Below are positions 9,735 through 19,422 of a stretch of 64,000 nucleotides of DNA, one piece after another. Every line of letters begins with the position of its first letter. Positions within the stretch are counted from its first letter, which is position 1. Origin of the DNA: Actinomycetota bacterium (GTDB lineage Bacteria; Actinomycetota; Actinomycetes; Nanopelagicales; Nanopelagicaceae); NCBI GenBank assembly GCA_016870835.1, contig VGAG01000002.1, forward strand, positions 4,051 through 68,050, written 5' to 3'. Position numbers and translations under genes: made by a program. The notes beneath the pieces are model-generated. The model did not search any database. It saw nothing but the letters and a program-made list of their open reading frames with translations, and had not been told where the DNA came from.

Positions 9735-9893
9735 GATCATCCCTTCCATAGTTAATGGAGGGGCGATCTATTTTGATCGCGGTACCACCCGCCTTATCTG
9801 CAAAACCTGCAGATATCTTCTTGACCTTGCCGTTGGTTCTACGTGAGCCTTTCGCTCATTTCTTCCAACTCGCTCTTGGGTGATGGCCCAGTA
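9735..9893 (-). promoter_or_regulatory. T-box leader RNA (Ile specifier, translational/SD-sequestering type) upstream of ileS
   Basis: On the minus strand there is an exact T-box core AAGGCGGGUGGUACCGCG (9795-9778). It is preceded by an 8-bp Stem III, UAUCUGCA-GGUUU-UGCAGAUA. It is followed by helix GCGAUC-AAAAUA-GAUCGC and then CCCUCC (9762-9757). CCCUCC can pair either with GGCGGG of the T-box or with the SD GGAAGGG. A short hairpin GGG-CCAUCA-CCC (9889-9878) presents AUC followed by A. Confidence 0.8.
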
Positions 9894-9994
9894 ATTGCGA
9901 TTTATATACAAGGCGTCTTGCGACTAGGCGATTTTAGACCATCGCAACTGTGGCGAGTGGCATTTGGCCTGCATAACCCCTAGCCTTCGGCGCT

Positions 9995-10822
9995 GTGCCC
10001 TTGAAGAAAAAATTTGCTAAGGCGGTCGCTAAGTTGAAGAAAGCACCAAAGAAGAAGGTTGCCCCAAAAAAGAGCCCGGCCAAGAAAGCGGTAAAAAAGG
10101 CTCCGGCAAAGAAGGCGGCACCCAAGAAAGCGCCAGTCAAGAAAGCGCCAGTCAAGAAGGCTCCAGTAAAGAAGGCGCCAGAGAAAAAGCAACTAGCAAA
10201 GAAGTCACTAGCGAAGAAGCCACAAGCTGAGATCATCAAAGGGCAACATAAGACGGCGCTAACAAGTAGTACTGCAAAAGGTGCAACGACTATTTCGGTT
10301 TACAAACCTGAGGTGGAAGCGAGTGATGTTGTTGTAGTAGAGGAGAAGCGCCTTGTCCTTCCGCCCCCAATTCGTAAGCCAAAACCAGGAAAGAAGCCGG
10401 CCTCTTTAAAACCAATTAAGGCTGCACCGGCGCCGCTAGTTGTAGGTGAAGGAACTGAGAATTGGTCAGCTACCGAATTGAAATCTATTCGAAGTGAACT
10501 CTCCAAAGATTTGGAGCGCCTAAAGAAAGAACTTGCCTTAGTTGAAAGTGAGATGGATGCCCTTATTGAGGCTTCTGGAGTTGGCGCTGGCGACGACCAA
10601 GCCGATGCCGGTACAAAGACGTTTGAACGCGAGCATGAAATGTCTCTTGTTTATAACGCGCGCGATATGGTCCTTCAAACCGAGCGCGCTCTTGAGCGAA
10701 TTGATAACAAGAGTTACGGACGTTGCGAAGATTGCGGCAATCCAATTGGTAAGGCGAGACTTCAAGTATTTCCGAGAGCGACGCTCTGCATGATATGCAA
10801 ACAGAAGGAAGAGCGCCGCTAA
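9995..10822 (+). CDS. TraR/DksA-family C4 zinc-finger protein with a Lys/Ala/Pro-rich histone-H1-like N-terminal tail
   Basis: The C-terminus CEDCGNPIGKARLQVFPRATLCMICK is a DksA/TraR C4 finger preceded by a coiled-coil segment. By my count the first 75 residues contain 32 Lys (AKKA/PVKK repeats). GTG start. The position upstream of lspA is conserved. Confidence 0.8.
   Translation: MPLKKKFAKAVAKLKKAPKKKVAPKKSPAKKAVKKAPAKKAAPKKAPVKKAPVKKAPVKKAPEKKQLAKKSLAKKPQAEIIKGQHKTALTSSTAKGATTISVYKPEVEASDVVVVEEKRLVLPPPIRKPKPGKKPASLKPIKAAPAPLVVGEGTENWSATELKSIRSELSKDLERLKKELALVESEMDALIEASGVGAGDDQADAGTKTFEREHEMSLVYNARDMVLQTERALERIDNKSYGRCEDCGNPIGKARLQVFPRATLCMICKQKEERR
10124..10183 (+). repeat. In-frame 15-bp tandem repeat, 4 units (AAGAAAGCGCCAGTC x2, then AAGAAGGCTCCAGTA and AAGAAGGCGCCAGAG), encoding (KKAPV)n
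   Basis: Read directly from the sequence. Two units are identical and two are degenerate, all inside the Lys-rich tail of the DksA-like gene. Confidence 0.85.
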
Positions 10823-11310
10823 AGTCGTCCCGCGCTAATGGCGCGCGACGACTCTTCATTGCAATAACTACATCAATATTCGCGCTGGATCTGGCAACGA
10901 AGAATTGGGCCGAAGCCGAGTTAAAGTTTCGCGAGCCAATAAAAGTTCTTGGTGATTTTCTTCAACTCAGTTACTCCACGAATTCAGGCGCGGCCTTTAG
11001 CCTCTTTACCGATGCCACTCTATTCCTCTCGTCACTGAAGCTTGCAGTAGTTGGATTCATAATTTTCTATATACGTAAAGTAACGCGTCCAATCTGGGCG
11101 GTTAGCTTTTCCCTCCTGCTTGGCGGAGTGCTTGGAAATCTCTACGACCGGATACTTCGTCCACCGGGGCTATGGCGCGGCGAGGTAATTGATTGGATTG
11201 AGCTGCCAAATTGGCCAACTTTTAATATCGCAGATAGCGCGATTGTCACCGCAGGCATCCTTATGACGATCCTTGCGATGCGAAATGTGCCCACGGAGCT
11301 ACCTAAGTGA
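10795..11310 (+). CDS. lspA: Lipoprotein signal peptidase (signal peptidase II)
   Basis: Motifs NSGAAFS and FNIADSAI with four hydrophobic segments. The only in-frame start gives a 28-nt overlap with the upstream gene. Confidence 0.88.
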   Translation: MQTEGRAPLKSSRANGARRLFIAITTSIFALDLATKNWAEAELKFREPIKVLGDFLQLSYSTNSGAAFSLFTDATLFLSSLKLAVVGFIIFYIRKVTRPIWAVSFSLLLGGVLGNLYDRILRPPGLWRGEVIDWIELPNWPTFNIADSAIVTAGILMTILAMRNVPTELPK

Positions 11311-12242
11311 GCGAGCGCGAGAAGCGAATTCTTGAGATTCAGGAGGCTCATGAGGGGGAGCGAGTAGATGTTGCACTCGCCTCAATCCTCGGTCTCTCTC
11401 GAAGTTCCGTTGCAGATCTCTTAAACGCAGGTGATGTTCTTCAAGGAAAAAAACCATTAGCAAAATCTGATCGCCTTCGTGCGGGTGATCGCATTCAAGT
11501 CGTGATGCCCGCTGAGATAGACCCACTTGACTTTACGCGAGTAGTAAGTGATCAACTAGATGTTATTTATGATGATGCAGATGTTGTTGTCGTAAATAAA
11601 CCAGTAGGTGTTGCAGCCCATCCAAGCCCGGGGTGGCAAGGTCCAACAGTCTTAGGCGATTTGATTTCTCGCGGTTATCGAATTTCAACATCCGGATCTG
11701 AGGAGCGAAAGGGAATCGTTCAAAGATTAGATGTCGGTACAACCGGATTAATGGTGGTTGCTAAGCATGAAGATTCGTATCTCGCGCTTAAAGATCAATT
11801 TAGATCTCGCAGCGTTGCAAAGGTGTATCACGCGTTAGTACAAGGACATATGTATCCATCAGAGGGAACTATTGATGCACCAATTGGTCGACACCCAAAG
11901 GAAGATTACAGATTCGCTGTCGTTGCCGATGGAAAGGCGAGCATTACACATTTTTCATTGATTGAATTCTTTCCAAGTTCAACACTCTTGAAAGTTGAAC
12001 TTGAAACCGGTCGAACTCACCAGATACGAGTTCATTTCAGTGCGCTTCGACATCCACTAGTTGGCGATCTTGCATATGGTTCAGATCCGGTACTAGCAAG
12101 CAATTTGGAACTTAAGAGACCTTGGTTACATGCAATTGAGCTCGCCTTTGATCAACCCTCAACTGGTGAGCGGATAACCCTTAAGACCGAGTACCCAGGT
12201 GACCTGAAACGCGCCTTAGAGCTTCTCACCGCAAAGTCATAG
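11307..12242 (+). CDS. rluD: RluA-family 23S rRNA pseudouridine synthase (RluD-like)
   Basis: GTGA overlap with lspA. N-terminal S4-like region, catalytic motif QRLDVGTTGLMVVAK, and GRTHQIRVH. Confidence 0.88.
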   Translation: MSEREKRILEIQEAHEGERVDVALASILGLSRSSVADLLNAGDVLQGKKPLAKSDRLRAGDRIQVVMPAEIDPLDFTRVVSDQLDVIYDDADVVVVNKPVGVAAHPSPGWQGPTVLGDLISRGYRISTSGSEERKGIVQRLDVGTTGLMVVAKHEDSYLALKDQFRSRSVAKVYHALVQGHMYPSEGTIDAPIGRHPKEDYRFAVVADGKASITHFSLIEFFPSSTLLKVELETGRTHQIRVHFSALRHPLVGDLAYGSDPVLASNLELKRPWLHAIELAFDQPSTGERITLKTEYPGDLKRALELLTAKS

Positions 12243-12264
12243 CGGGGGAGTAATCTCGCCGACC

Positions 12265-15200
12265 GTGAGCAAGGACTTCGTTCATTTACATGTTCATACC
12301 GAGTATTCGATGCTCGATGGGGCTGCTCGAATTGAGCAGTTAGCTGCCGAAGTAGCTCGCCAAGGAAGTCCCGCAATTGCGATAACGGATCATGGCCATG
12401 TATTTGGCGCGTTTGAGTTTTACAAGGCGATGAAATCAGTAGGAGTTAAACCCATCATCGGTATCGAGGCATATGTCGCCCCTGAATCTCGCTTTGATAA
12501 GCGTCGGGTCAAGTGGGCTGATGGCGGTGAAGATGATGTTTCTGGTGGTGGCGCATTTACACATATGACAATCCTCGCCGAAAACAATGAAGGGCTAAGC
12601 AATCTCTACCGACTTGCCTCGTTAGCTTCACTAGAAGGCTTCTATTACAAACCGCGAATAGATCGCGAGTTACTTTCAAAGTATTCGAGCGGACTCATTG
12701 CAACCACAGGATGCCCTGCCGGTGAAGTGCAGACTCGAATTCGCATGGGTGCTTACCAAGAAGCAAGAAGTGCGGCCGCTGAACTAAGAGATATTTTCGG
12801 CGCCGAAAATTTCTTTGTCGAGATTATGGAACATGGCCTTGAAATTGAAAAGCGAGTACGCGAGGACTTATTGCGACTGGCAAAAGATTTGGGCTTACCG
12901 CTACTTGCAACGAATGATCTGCATTACACCTTCGCTGAAGATGCCAAACATCACTCAGCTCTACTCGCGGTCCAATCTGGCTCAACTCTTACCGATCCAA
13001 AGCGATTCAAGTTTGAAAGCGATGAGTATTACCTCAAGGACGCTGCAGCTATGCGCAGCCTCTTTAAGGATCTAGAGATTGCCTGCGATAACACGTTGCT
13101 AATTGCGCAACGATGCAACGTCACCTTACGCGAGAATGAAAATCTTCTTCCTAAGTTTCCTGTTCCAGCCGGAGAAGATGAAAACTCTTGGCTGATAAAG
13201 AAAGCAAGAGCGGGGCTAGAAGAGAAGTTGGCTGATGGCGCAGGTAAGGAATATGAAGAACGCCTTGAATTTGAATTAGGCGTCATGACCAAGATGGGTT
13301 TCGCTGGATACTTCTTAGTTGTTGCTGACTTAGTCGCGCATGCAAAATCTGTCGGGATTCGAGTTGGACCTGGTCGAGGTTCAGCGGCTGGATCTCTAGT
13401 TTCTTACTGCCTAGGCATAACCGCTCTAGATCCGATTAAACATGGACTGCTTTTTGAGCGCTTTTTAAATCCCGATCGAATCTCGATGCCTGACATTGAC
13501 CTTGATTTCGATGAAAGAAGGCGCGGGGAGATGATCCGCTATGCCATTGATAAATATGGTGAAGACCGGGTTGCCCAGATCATTACCTACAACACCATCA
13601 AATCTAAGCAATCAATCAGAGATGCCAGCCGAATTCATGGGTTTCCATTTGCAATTGGTGATCGATTAACGAAAGCACTTCCGCCTTCAATTATGGGTAA
13701 GGACATCTCACTTGCTGGTGTGTTTGATAAAGAGAATGAGAGGTATCAAGAAGCGCAAGAGTTTAGAAATATTTATGAAGAGGATCCAAACGCAAAGATA
13801 ATCGTAGATACCGCTCGCGGACTTGAAGGCTTGAAGCGCCAATGGGGCGTGCATGCAGCTGGCGTTATCTTAGGAAGAGATCCACTTCTTGAAATCATCC
13901 CAATTCAACGGCGTGATGCAGATGGCGCGATAATCACCCAATTCGACATGGTTGCTTGCGAAGCAACGGGTTTGTTAAAGATGGATTTCTTAGGGCTACG
14001 AAATCTCTCTGTATTAGATGATTGCCTAGCGAATATTGAGAAAAATGAGGGAAAGAAAGTAGTTCTTGAAGATTTACCACTAGCTGATAAAAAAACATTC
14101 GAATTACTCGCACGTGGTGAGACTCTCGGCGTCTTCCAGCTTGATAGCGCCCCAATCCGCGCCCTGCTCCGCTCCATGAGCCCAGATTCTTTTGAAGATA
14201 TCTCAGCCGTTATTGCGCTTTACCGACCAGGACCAATGGGAGTTAATGCCCATAATGATTACGCTGATCGAAAGAATAAACGGAAGAAAATCGAACCCAT
14301 TCATCCAGAGCTATCGGAGCCACTTAAAGAAATTCTGGGCGACACTTATGGATTAATTGTTTATCAAGAGCAAGTTATGGCAATCGCCCAGAAAGTTGCT
14401 GGCTTCTCACTCGCCCGTGCAGACCTTCTACGTAAAGCGATGGGCAAGAAGAATAAAGAGATTCTGGATAAGGAATACGTACATTTCCAAGAGGGTATGA
14501 CGAAAAACGGTTTCTCAAATTCAGCGATCGAGGAGCTCTGGAAGACGCTAATCCCATTCTCGGATTACGCATTTAACCGAGCACATAGCGCTGGATATGG
14601 AGTCGTCTCTTTCTGGACTGCCTATTTAAAGGCTAATTACCCGACCGAGTACATGGCAGCGCTTCTCTCTAGCGTCAAGGATGATAAAGATAAGTCTGCT
14701 CTATATCTAAATGAGTGTCGAAGGATGGGAATTAAGGTTCTGCCGCCAGATGTAAATGAATCCGATTCCGAGTACACCCCGCGGGGAAGTGATATCCGAT
14801 TTGGTCTCGCCGCGATTAGAAATGTGGGCGAGAACGTTGTGGGCTCTATTGTTAGAAATCGCGAATCAAAAGGTCGCTATACCTCTTTCGGAGATTTTCT
14901 CGCCAAAGTTGATGCCATGGTTTGTAATAAGAAGACAATTGAATCTCTGATCAAAGCTGGAGCCTTTGATTCGCTGGGCGCTACTAGAAAAGGCCTGATG
15001 GCAGTTCACTTAGAAGCGATTGATTCAATCTCGGAGAGCAAGCGCGCTGAGTCAATTGGTCAATTTGATCTCTTTGGTGGCGGCGAGGCCCAAGGCGTTA
15101 TCTCCTCAGTCGTTCTAGATATCCCACGCGATGAATGGGATAAAGCTCTTGCGCTTAACTATGAACGCGAGATGTTGGGTCTATATGTCTCAGATCATCC

Positions 15201-15768
15201 CTTACTCGGCGTTGAACATGTTTTGCGGAGCGTTCGTGATATTCCAATAAGCCAGCTATTTGATGAGAATGTGGCCCACGAGAGTGTCTTCACTGTTGCT
15301 GGGCTAATAACTAATGTTCAGAGAAAAGTAAGTCGACAGGGATCTAACTGGGCGATAGTTACTGTTGAGGATTTAGAGGGCGCAATCGATGTGCTCTTCT
15401 TTGCTAATACCTACCAGCAACATGCTCTTAGTTTGATTGAAGATCGGATAGTAAGTATCCGTGGTCGTGTTGATAAACGTGAAGATACACCGCGCTTTAC
15501 CGCCCTTGATATGTCAATTCCCAATGTGAACCAAGCTCCAATAGGACCATTCATTATTCGAATCGAATCTCAAAGATGTACTCCACCTCTTGTAGATCGA
15601 ATGAAGGAGATCCTCCGCTCGCATCCTGGAACGCGTGAAGTCCACCTTCGAATAGAGGGCAGTGCAAAGGAGACCACTTTCAGACTCGACGATGGATTAA
15701 GAGTCACAGCCTCTCCAAGTTTGAGCGCCGATTTGAAATCAATACTTGGTCCGGACTGCCTGGTTTAA
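12265..15768 (+). CDS. dnaE: DNA polymerase III alpha subunit (DnaE1 type)
   Basis: 1167 aa. PHP domain FVHLHVHTEYSMLDGA, polymerase core motifs (GRGSAAGSLV, DIDLDF) and a C-terminal OB-fold region. Confidence 0.97.
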   Translation: MSKDFVHLHVHTEYSMLDGAARIEQLAAEVARQGSPAIAITDHGHVFGAFEFYKAMKSVGVKPIIGIEAYVAPESRFDKRRVKWADGGEDDVSGGGAFTHMTILAENNEGLSNLYRLASLASLEGFYYKPRIDRELLSKYSSGLIATTGCPAGEVQTRIRMGAYQEARSAAAELRDIFGAENFFVEIMEHGLEIEKRVREDLLRLAKDLGLPLLATNDLHYTFAEDAKHHSALLAVQSGSTLTDPKRFKFESDEYYLKDAAAMRSLFKDLEIACDNTLLIAQRCNVTLRENENLLPKFPVPAGEDENSWLIKKARAGLEEKLADGAGKEYEERLEFELGVMTKMGFAGYFLVVADLVAHAKSVGIRVGPGRGSAAGSLVSYCLGITALDPIKHGLLFERFLNPDRISMPDIDLDFDERRRGEMIRYAIDKYGEDRVAQIITYNTIKSKQSIRDASRIHGFPFAIGDRLTKALPPSIMGKDISLAGVFDKENERYQEAQEFRNIYEEDPNAKIIVDTARGLEGLKRQWGVHAAGVILGRDPLLEIIPIQRRDADGAIITQFDMVACEATGLLKMDFLGLRNLSVLDDCLANIEKNEGKKVVLEDLPLADKKTFELLARGETLGVFQLDSAPIRALLRSMSPDSFEDISAVIALYRPGPMGVNAHNDYADRKNKRKKIEPIHPELSEPLKEILGDTYGLIVYQEQVMAIAQKVAGFSLARADLLRKAMGKKNKEILDKEYVHFQEGMTKNGFSNSAIEELWKTLIPFSDYAFNRAHSAGYGVVSFWTAYLKANYPTEYMAALLSSVKDDKDKSALYLNECRRMGIKVLPPDVNESDSEYTPRGSDIRFGLAAIRNVGENVVGSIVRNRESKGRYTSFGDFLAKVDAMVCNKKTIESLIKAGAFDSLGATRKGLMAVHLEAIDSISESKRAESIGQFDLFGGGEAQGVISSVVLDIPRDEWDKALALNYEREMLGLYVSDHPLLGVEHVLRSVRDIPISQLFDENVAHESVFTVAGLITNVQRKVSRQGSNWAIVTVEDLEGAIDVLFFANTYQQHALSLIEDRIVSIRGRVDKREDTPRFTALDMSIPNVNQAPIGPFIIRIESQRCTPPLVDRMKEILRSHPGTREVHLRIEGSAKETTFRLDDGLRVTASPSLSADLKSILGPDCLV

Positions 15769-15820
15769 ATAGCCAAAATATTAAGAAGCGAGTGAGTGCC
15801 ACTTTATCTAGAATGGGGTA

Positions 15821-17146
15821 GTGAATTCCCCAATTAGAAGAGTCGATCTACGGGGAAAACGGCTATCAAAAAGTGAGTATCGAGCGGCTCTGCCGCGTGC
15901 CGCGATGGACATTGATGCGGCTCTCCAGCAAATTGCGCCAATCATCAATAAAGTTAAGACGGGCTCCGTCTCTGATCTGAATGATTTATCTGAAAAGTTT
16001 GATGGAGTTCGCCCCTTAAATATAAAAGTTCCACGTGAAGTAATCGAGAAGTCATTAACAAAATTGAATCCGGCTCTGCGCACCGTGATTGAAGAGTCAA
16101 TTCGAAGGGTAAGAATTGTTCATAAAGATCAAATTCGCGCGACTTCAGTTACAAGGGTTGTTGACGGTGGGGAAGTGGAAGAGCGATGGATTCCAGTTGA
16201 TCGCGTTGGCCTCTATGTCCCAGCCGGGCGCGCGGTGTATCCCAGCTCAGTAGTAATGAATGTAGTTCCGGCTCAAATTGCTGGAGTGAAAAGCATTGCC
16301 CTAGCTTCGGCGCCACAGCGAGATAACGATGGTTGGCCAAATGAAACGGTCTTAGCAACTTGCGCTTTGCTTGGGATAGATGAGGTTTACTCAATTGGCG
16401 GTGCGCAAGCAATCGCAGCCTTTGCCTTTGGTATTAGAGATGATGACGGAAAGATGATTAGCGAGCCCGTAGATATTGTGACCGGGCCGGGGAATATCTA
16501 TGTTGCTGCTGCAAAGCGGGCGCTTAGAGGTGTAATCGGGATTGATTCGGAAGCCGGTCCAACTGAGATTGCGATAGTTGCTGATGAAAGTGCAAGTGCT
16601 GGTGAAGTTGCCGCCGATCTAATTAGCCAGGCTGAACATGACACGATTGCCGCCGCCATTCTCATCACTGATTCTTTAACGCTCGCAGCCGATGTAGAGA
16701 GAGAGCTTATCTCTCGCGTTGTTCGCACAAAACATCGTGAACGAATTACCGAAGCTCTCTCTGGGACACAATCTGCTATCGCAATTGTTGATGATCTAGC
16801 ACATGGCCTCGAGGTAGCTAATGCCTACGCAGCTGAACATCTTGAACTTCAAGTGCGAGACCCAAAGGCAGCAAGTGCAGAGATAAGAAATGCAGGCGCA
16901 ATCTTCCTCGGGCGCTTTGCGCCAGTCTCACTTGGAGATTACCTCGCTGGTTCAAACCACGTTCTACCGACTGGTGGCTGTGCTTGCCATTCAAGTGGCC
17001 TTTCAGTTCAGACATTCTTACGTGGACTTCACTTTGTGAATTACAACGAGCGCGCATTTCGTGAGATTGCACCGAGCGTAGTTACCTTTGCCGAAGCTGA
17101 AGATCTGCCAGCCCACGGCGAAGCAATTAAGGCGAGATTCGAATGA
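15821..17146 (+). CDS. hisD: Histidinol dehydrogenase
   Basis: 441 aa. Motifs [18 protein letters not shown] and [13 protein letters not shown]. Confidence 0.95.
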   Translation: MNSPIRRVDLRGKRLSKSEYRAALPRAAMDIDAALQQIAPIINKVKTGSVSDLNDLSEKFDGVRPLNIKVPREVIEKSLTKLNPALRTVIEESIRRVRIVHKDQIRATSVTRVVDGGEVEERWIPVDRVGLYVPAGRAVYPSSVVMNVVPAQIAGVKSIALASAPQRDNDGWPNETVLATCALLGIDEVYSIGGAQAIAAFAFGIRDDDGKMISEPVDIVTGPGNIYVAAAKRALRGVIGIDSEAGPTEIAIVADESASAGEVAADLISQAEHDTIAAAILITDSLTLAADVERELISRVVRTKHRERITEALSGTQSAIAIVDDLAHGLEVANAYAAEHLELQVRDPKAASAEIRNAGAIFLGRFAPVSLGDYLAGSNHVLPTGGCACHSSGLSVQTFLRGLHFVNYNERAFREIAPSVVTFAEAEDLPAHGEAIKARFE

Positions 17147-18237
17147 GTACAAACTGGCCTAAATGGTTGCCTATTCGTTCTGATCTTGCAGGTCTATCTC
17201 CATATGGCGCCCCCCAATTAGATGTAGAGGTGCGCCTAAATACAAATGAGAACCCATATTCATTAAGTGAGGCCCTCCAAGAGTCTTTAAAGAGTTCAAT
17301 CGCGGAGGTATTAGAAGACTTGAATCGCTATCCAGATCGAGATGCGATAAGCCTCCGCGAAGATCTTGCAAATTCCATTTCTCGTGAGAATGAAATCAAA
17401 ATAGATAAAGAGTGGGTCTGGGCGGCAAATGGAAGCAACGAAATCATTCAATCAATTCTCTTAGCCTTTGAGGGCGCTGCGCTGGGGTTCGAGCCTTCAT
17501 ACTCAATGCATCCACTCATTTCAAAGGTAGTCGGAAAGAAGTGGATTGCGATTTCAAGAGATGAAAATTATGAGATCGGCGAAAATCAGATTTCTGCTTC
17601 AGCAGGTCAGACTGAGGCAAAGATCGTCTTTATTACAACACCAAACAATCCGACTGGTACTTCAACGCCAATTGCGCTGATATCTGCGCTCGCTGAGCGA
17701 TTGATGGCTAGAGGTGCACTTCTTGTTGTGGATGAGGCCTACGCTGAATTTTCCAGCCAGCCCTCCGCGATTTCTTTAATAAAAGATTTTCCAAATATTT
17801 TGGTATCGCGCACTATGAGCAAAGCCTTTGCATTTGCGGGGGCCCGTCTTGGATATTTGATTGCAGATCCGAAGGTCATTTCAGCCATCCAACTAGTTAG
17901 GTTGCCCTATCACTTAAGTGCGCTAACTCAAGCAGCAGCGCGAACTGCGATCGCAAATCGAGATGCGCTCAAGCTTGATGTTAAGCGATTGATCGAATCT
18001 CGTAATGAGTTGGCCGTAGCACTGGTTGATATGGGATTGAAAGTTTATTCAAGTGATGCAAATTTCATTCTTTTTGGTGGGTTCAAGAGTAGTTCAGGTG
18101 AACTTTTCCGAGCACTTCTCGAAAAAGGCGTTTTGATTAGAGATGTAGGTCTAGAAGGGAAGTTGCGGGTCACAATCGGAAGTGCGCAGGAGAATCAAGC
18201 TTTCTTAACCGCACTTAGAGAATCAGTTAGGGGATAA
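17143..18237 (+). CDS. hisC: Histidinol-phosphate aminotransferase
   Basis: ATGA overlap with hisD. Motifs NTNENPY, PNNPTG and [17 protein letters not shown] (PLP Lys). Confidence 0.93.
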   Translation: MSTNWPKWLPIRSDLAGLSPYGAPQLDVEVRLNTNENPYSLSEALQESLKSSIAEVLEDLNRYPDRDAISLREDLANSISRENEIKIDKEWVWAANGSNEIIQSILLAFEGAALGFEPSYSMHPLISKVVGKKWIAISRDENYEIGENQISASAGQTEAKIVFITTPNNPTGTSTPIALISALAERLMARGALLVVDEAYAEFSSQPSAISLIKDFPNILVSRTMSKAFAFAGARLGYLIADPKVISAIQLVRLPYHLSALTQAAARTAIANRDALKLDVKRLIESRNELAVALVDMGLKVYSSDANFILFGGFKSSSGELFRALLEKGVLIRDVGLEGKLRVTIGSAQENQAFLTALRESVRG

Positions 18238-18244
18238 TGCGAAC

Positions 18245-18832
18245 ATGGCACGGATAGCAAAGGTCGATAGATCAACCAAAGAGTCTGAAGTGAAAGTCGA
18301 ATTGAATCTTGATGGCACTGGAAAGATCTCAGTTGAAACCGGCGTGTCCTTCTTTGATCACATGATCTCCCAACTCGGCAAGCATGGTGGCTTTGATTTA
18401 ACAGTCTCGACCAAGGGTGATGTTGATGTCGATTCACATCACACAGTCGAAGACACCTCATTGGCGCTGGGACAGGCGCTGCGCGAAGCCCTTGGTGATA
18501 AGTCCGGAATTCGTAGATTCGGCGATGCTTTAGTTCCGTTGGATGAAGTCCTGGTGCAAGCGGCTGTTGATCTTTCGGGACGTCCTTATCTTGTTCACCG
18601 CCAACCTGAGATCGTTGAGTTAATTGGAACTTTTGATACAACTTTGGGAAAGCACATTTGGGAGTCATTTGTTGCTGAAGCTCGGATCGCGCTACATATA
18701 AGAGTTATAGAGGGACGCAATGCCCACCATGTTCTTGAGGCGCAATTCAAAGCTGTAGCTAGGGCGCTCCGTGATGCAGTCTCACTCGACTCGCGCGTGA
18801 CTGGGGTTCCCTCTACAAAGGGCGTTCTTTGA
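18245..18832 (+). CDS. hisB: Imidazoleglycerol-phosphate dehydratase (monofunctional)
   Basis: 195 aa. Motifs DSHHTVEDT and GRNAHHVLEAQFKA. Confidence 0.95.
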   Translation: MARIAKVDRSTKESEVKVELNLDGTGKISVETGVSFFDHMISQLGKHGGFDLTVSTKGDVDVDSHHTVEDTSLALGQALREALGDKSGIRRFGDALVPLDEVLVQAAVDLSGRPYLVHRQPEIVELIGTFDTTLGKHIWESFVAEARIALHIRVIEGRNAHHVLEAQFKAVARALRDAVSLDSRVTGVPSTKGVL

Positions 18833-19422
18833 TTGCAATCCTTGACTATGGCTCAGGAAATATTCGATCAGCGCAGCGAGCGCTAGAGCGAGTTGGATCG
18901 CAAGTAGAAGTCACTTCGCAATATGAAGTCGCTTTGAATGCGGATGGGTTAGTAGTTCCTGGAGTTGGAGCATTTGGTAGCTGCATAAAGCAACTCAATT
19001 CGGTTCGAGGTGACCAAGTAATTAAGGAGAGATTGAAGGTCGGCCGTAAGACGCTGGGTATTTGTGTAGGGATGCAAGTTATGTTTGAACGAAGTGACGA
19101 ATCATCGGATACTGGATTGGGTTTACTGGCTGGGCAAGTCAAGCGCCTTAGCGCCCCAGTCCTACCGCATATCGGTTGGAATGAAGTGAATACGACTTTA
19201 CAAATGAATTTGTTAGCTGGAATAGCGGGCGAACGTTTTTACTTTGTTCACTCTTATGCAGCGTTAAGTACTAATAAAGAAGTATCAATTGCGTCTAGTT
19301 ATTATGGTGAAACCTTCATTGCCGCAGTTGAGCAAGGCGCGCTTAGCGCAGTGCAATTCCACCCTGAAAAGAGCGGAGATGCTGGACTTCAATTATTGAA
19401 AAATTGGGTGAGTTCAATATGA
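18829..19422 (+). CDS. hisH: Imidazole glycerol phosphate synthase, glutaminase subunit
   Basis: Motifs GICVGMQ (nucleophile Cys) and VQFHPEKS. 4-nt overlap with hisB. Confidence 0.95.
   Translation: MIAILDYGSGNIRSAQRALERVGSQVEVTSQYEVALNADGLVVPGVGAFGSCIKQLNSVRGDQVIKERLKVGRKTLGICVGMQVMFERSDESSDTGLGLLAGQVKRLSAPVLPHIGWNEVNTTLQMNLLAGIAGERFYFVHSYAALSTNKEVSIASSYYGETFIAAVEQGALSAVQFHPEKSGDAGLQLLKNWVSSI

Noticed and set aside
9735-9749. The longest-ORF start for ileS (MEGMIMAK..., ATG at 9749).
   Set aside because: The SD-like GGAAGGG overlaps this ATG and the second one. The third ATG (9734) has proper 6-nt spacing and fits the T-box sequestration model. The difference is only 5 codons and is not proven.
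9934-10239. Antisense ORFs (101 aa and 70 aa) opposite the Lys-rich tail, encoding Phe/Ala/Gly/Leu-rich repeats that look membrane-like.
   Set aside because: They are the mirror image of the AAG/GCN repeat codons (AAG reads CTT/TTC on the other strand). They overlap the ileS leader/promoter region and have no start context.
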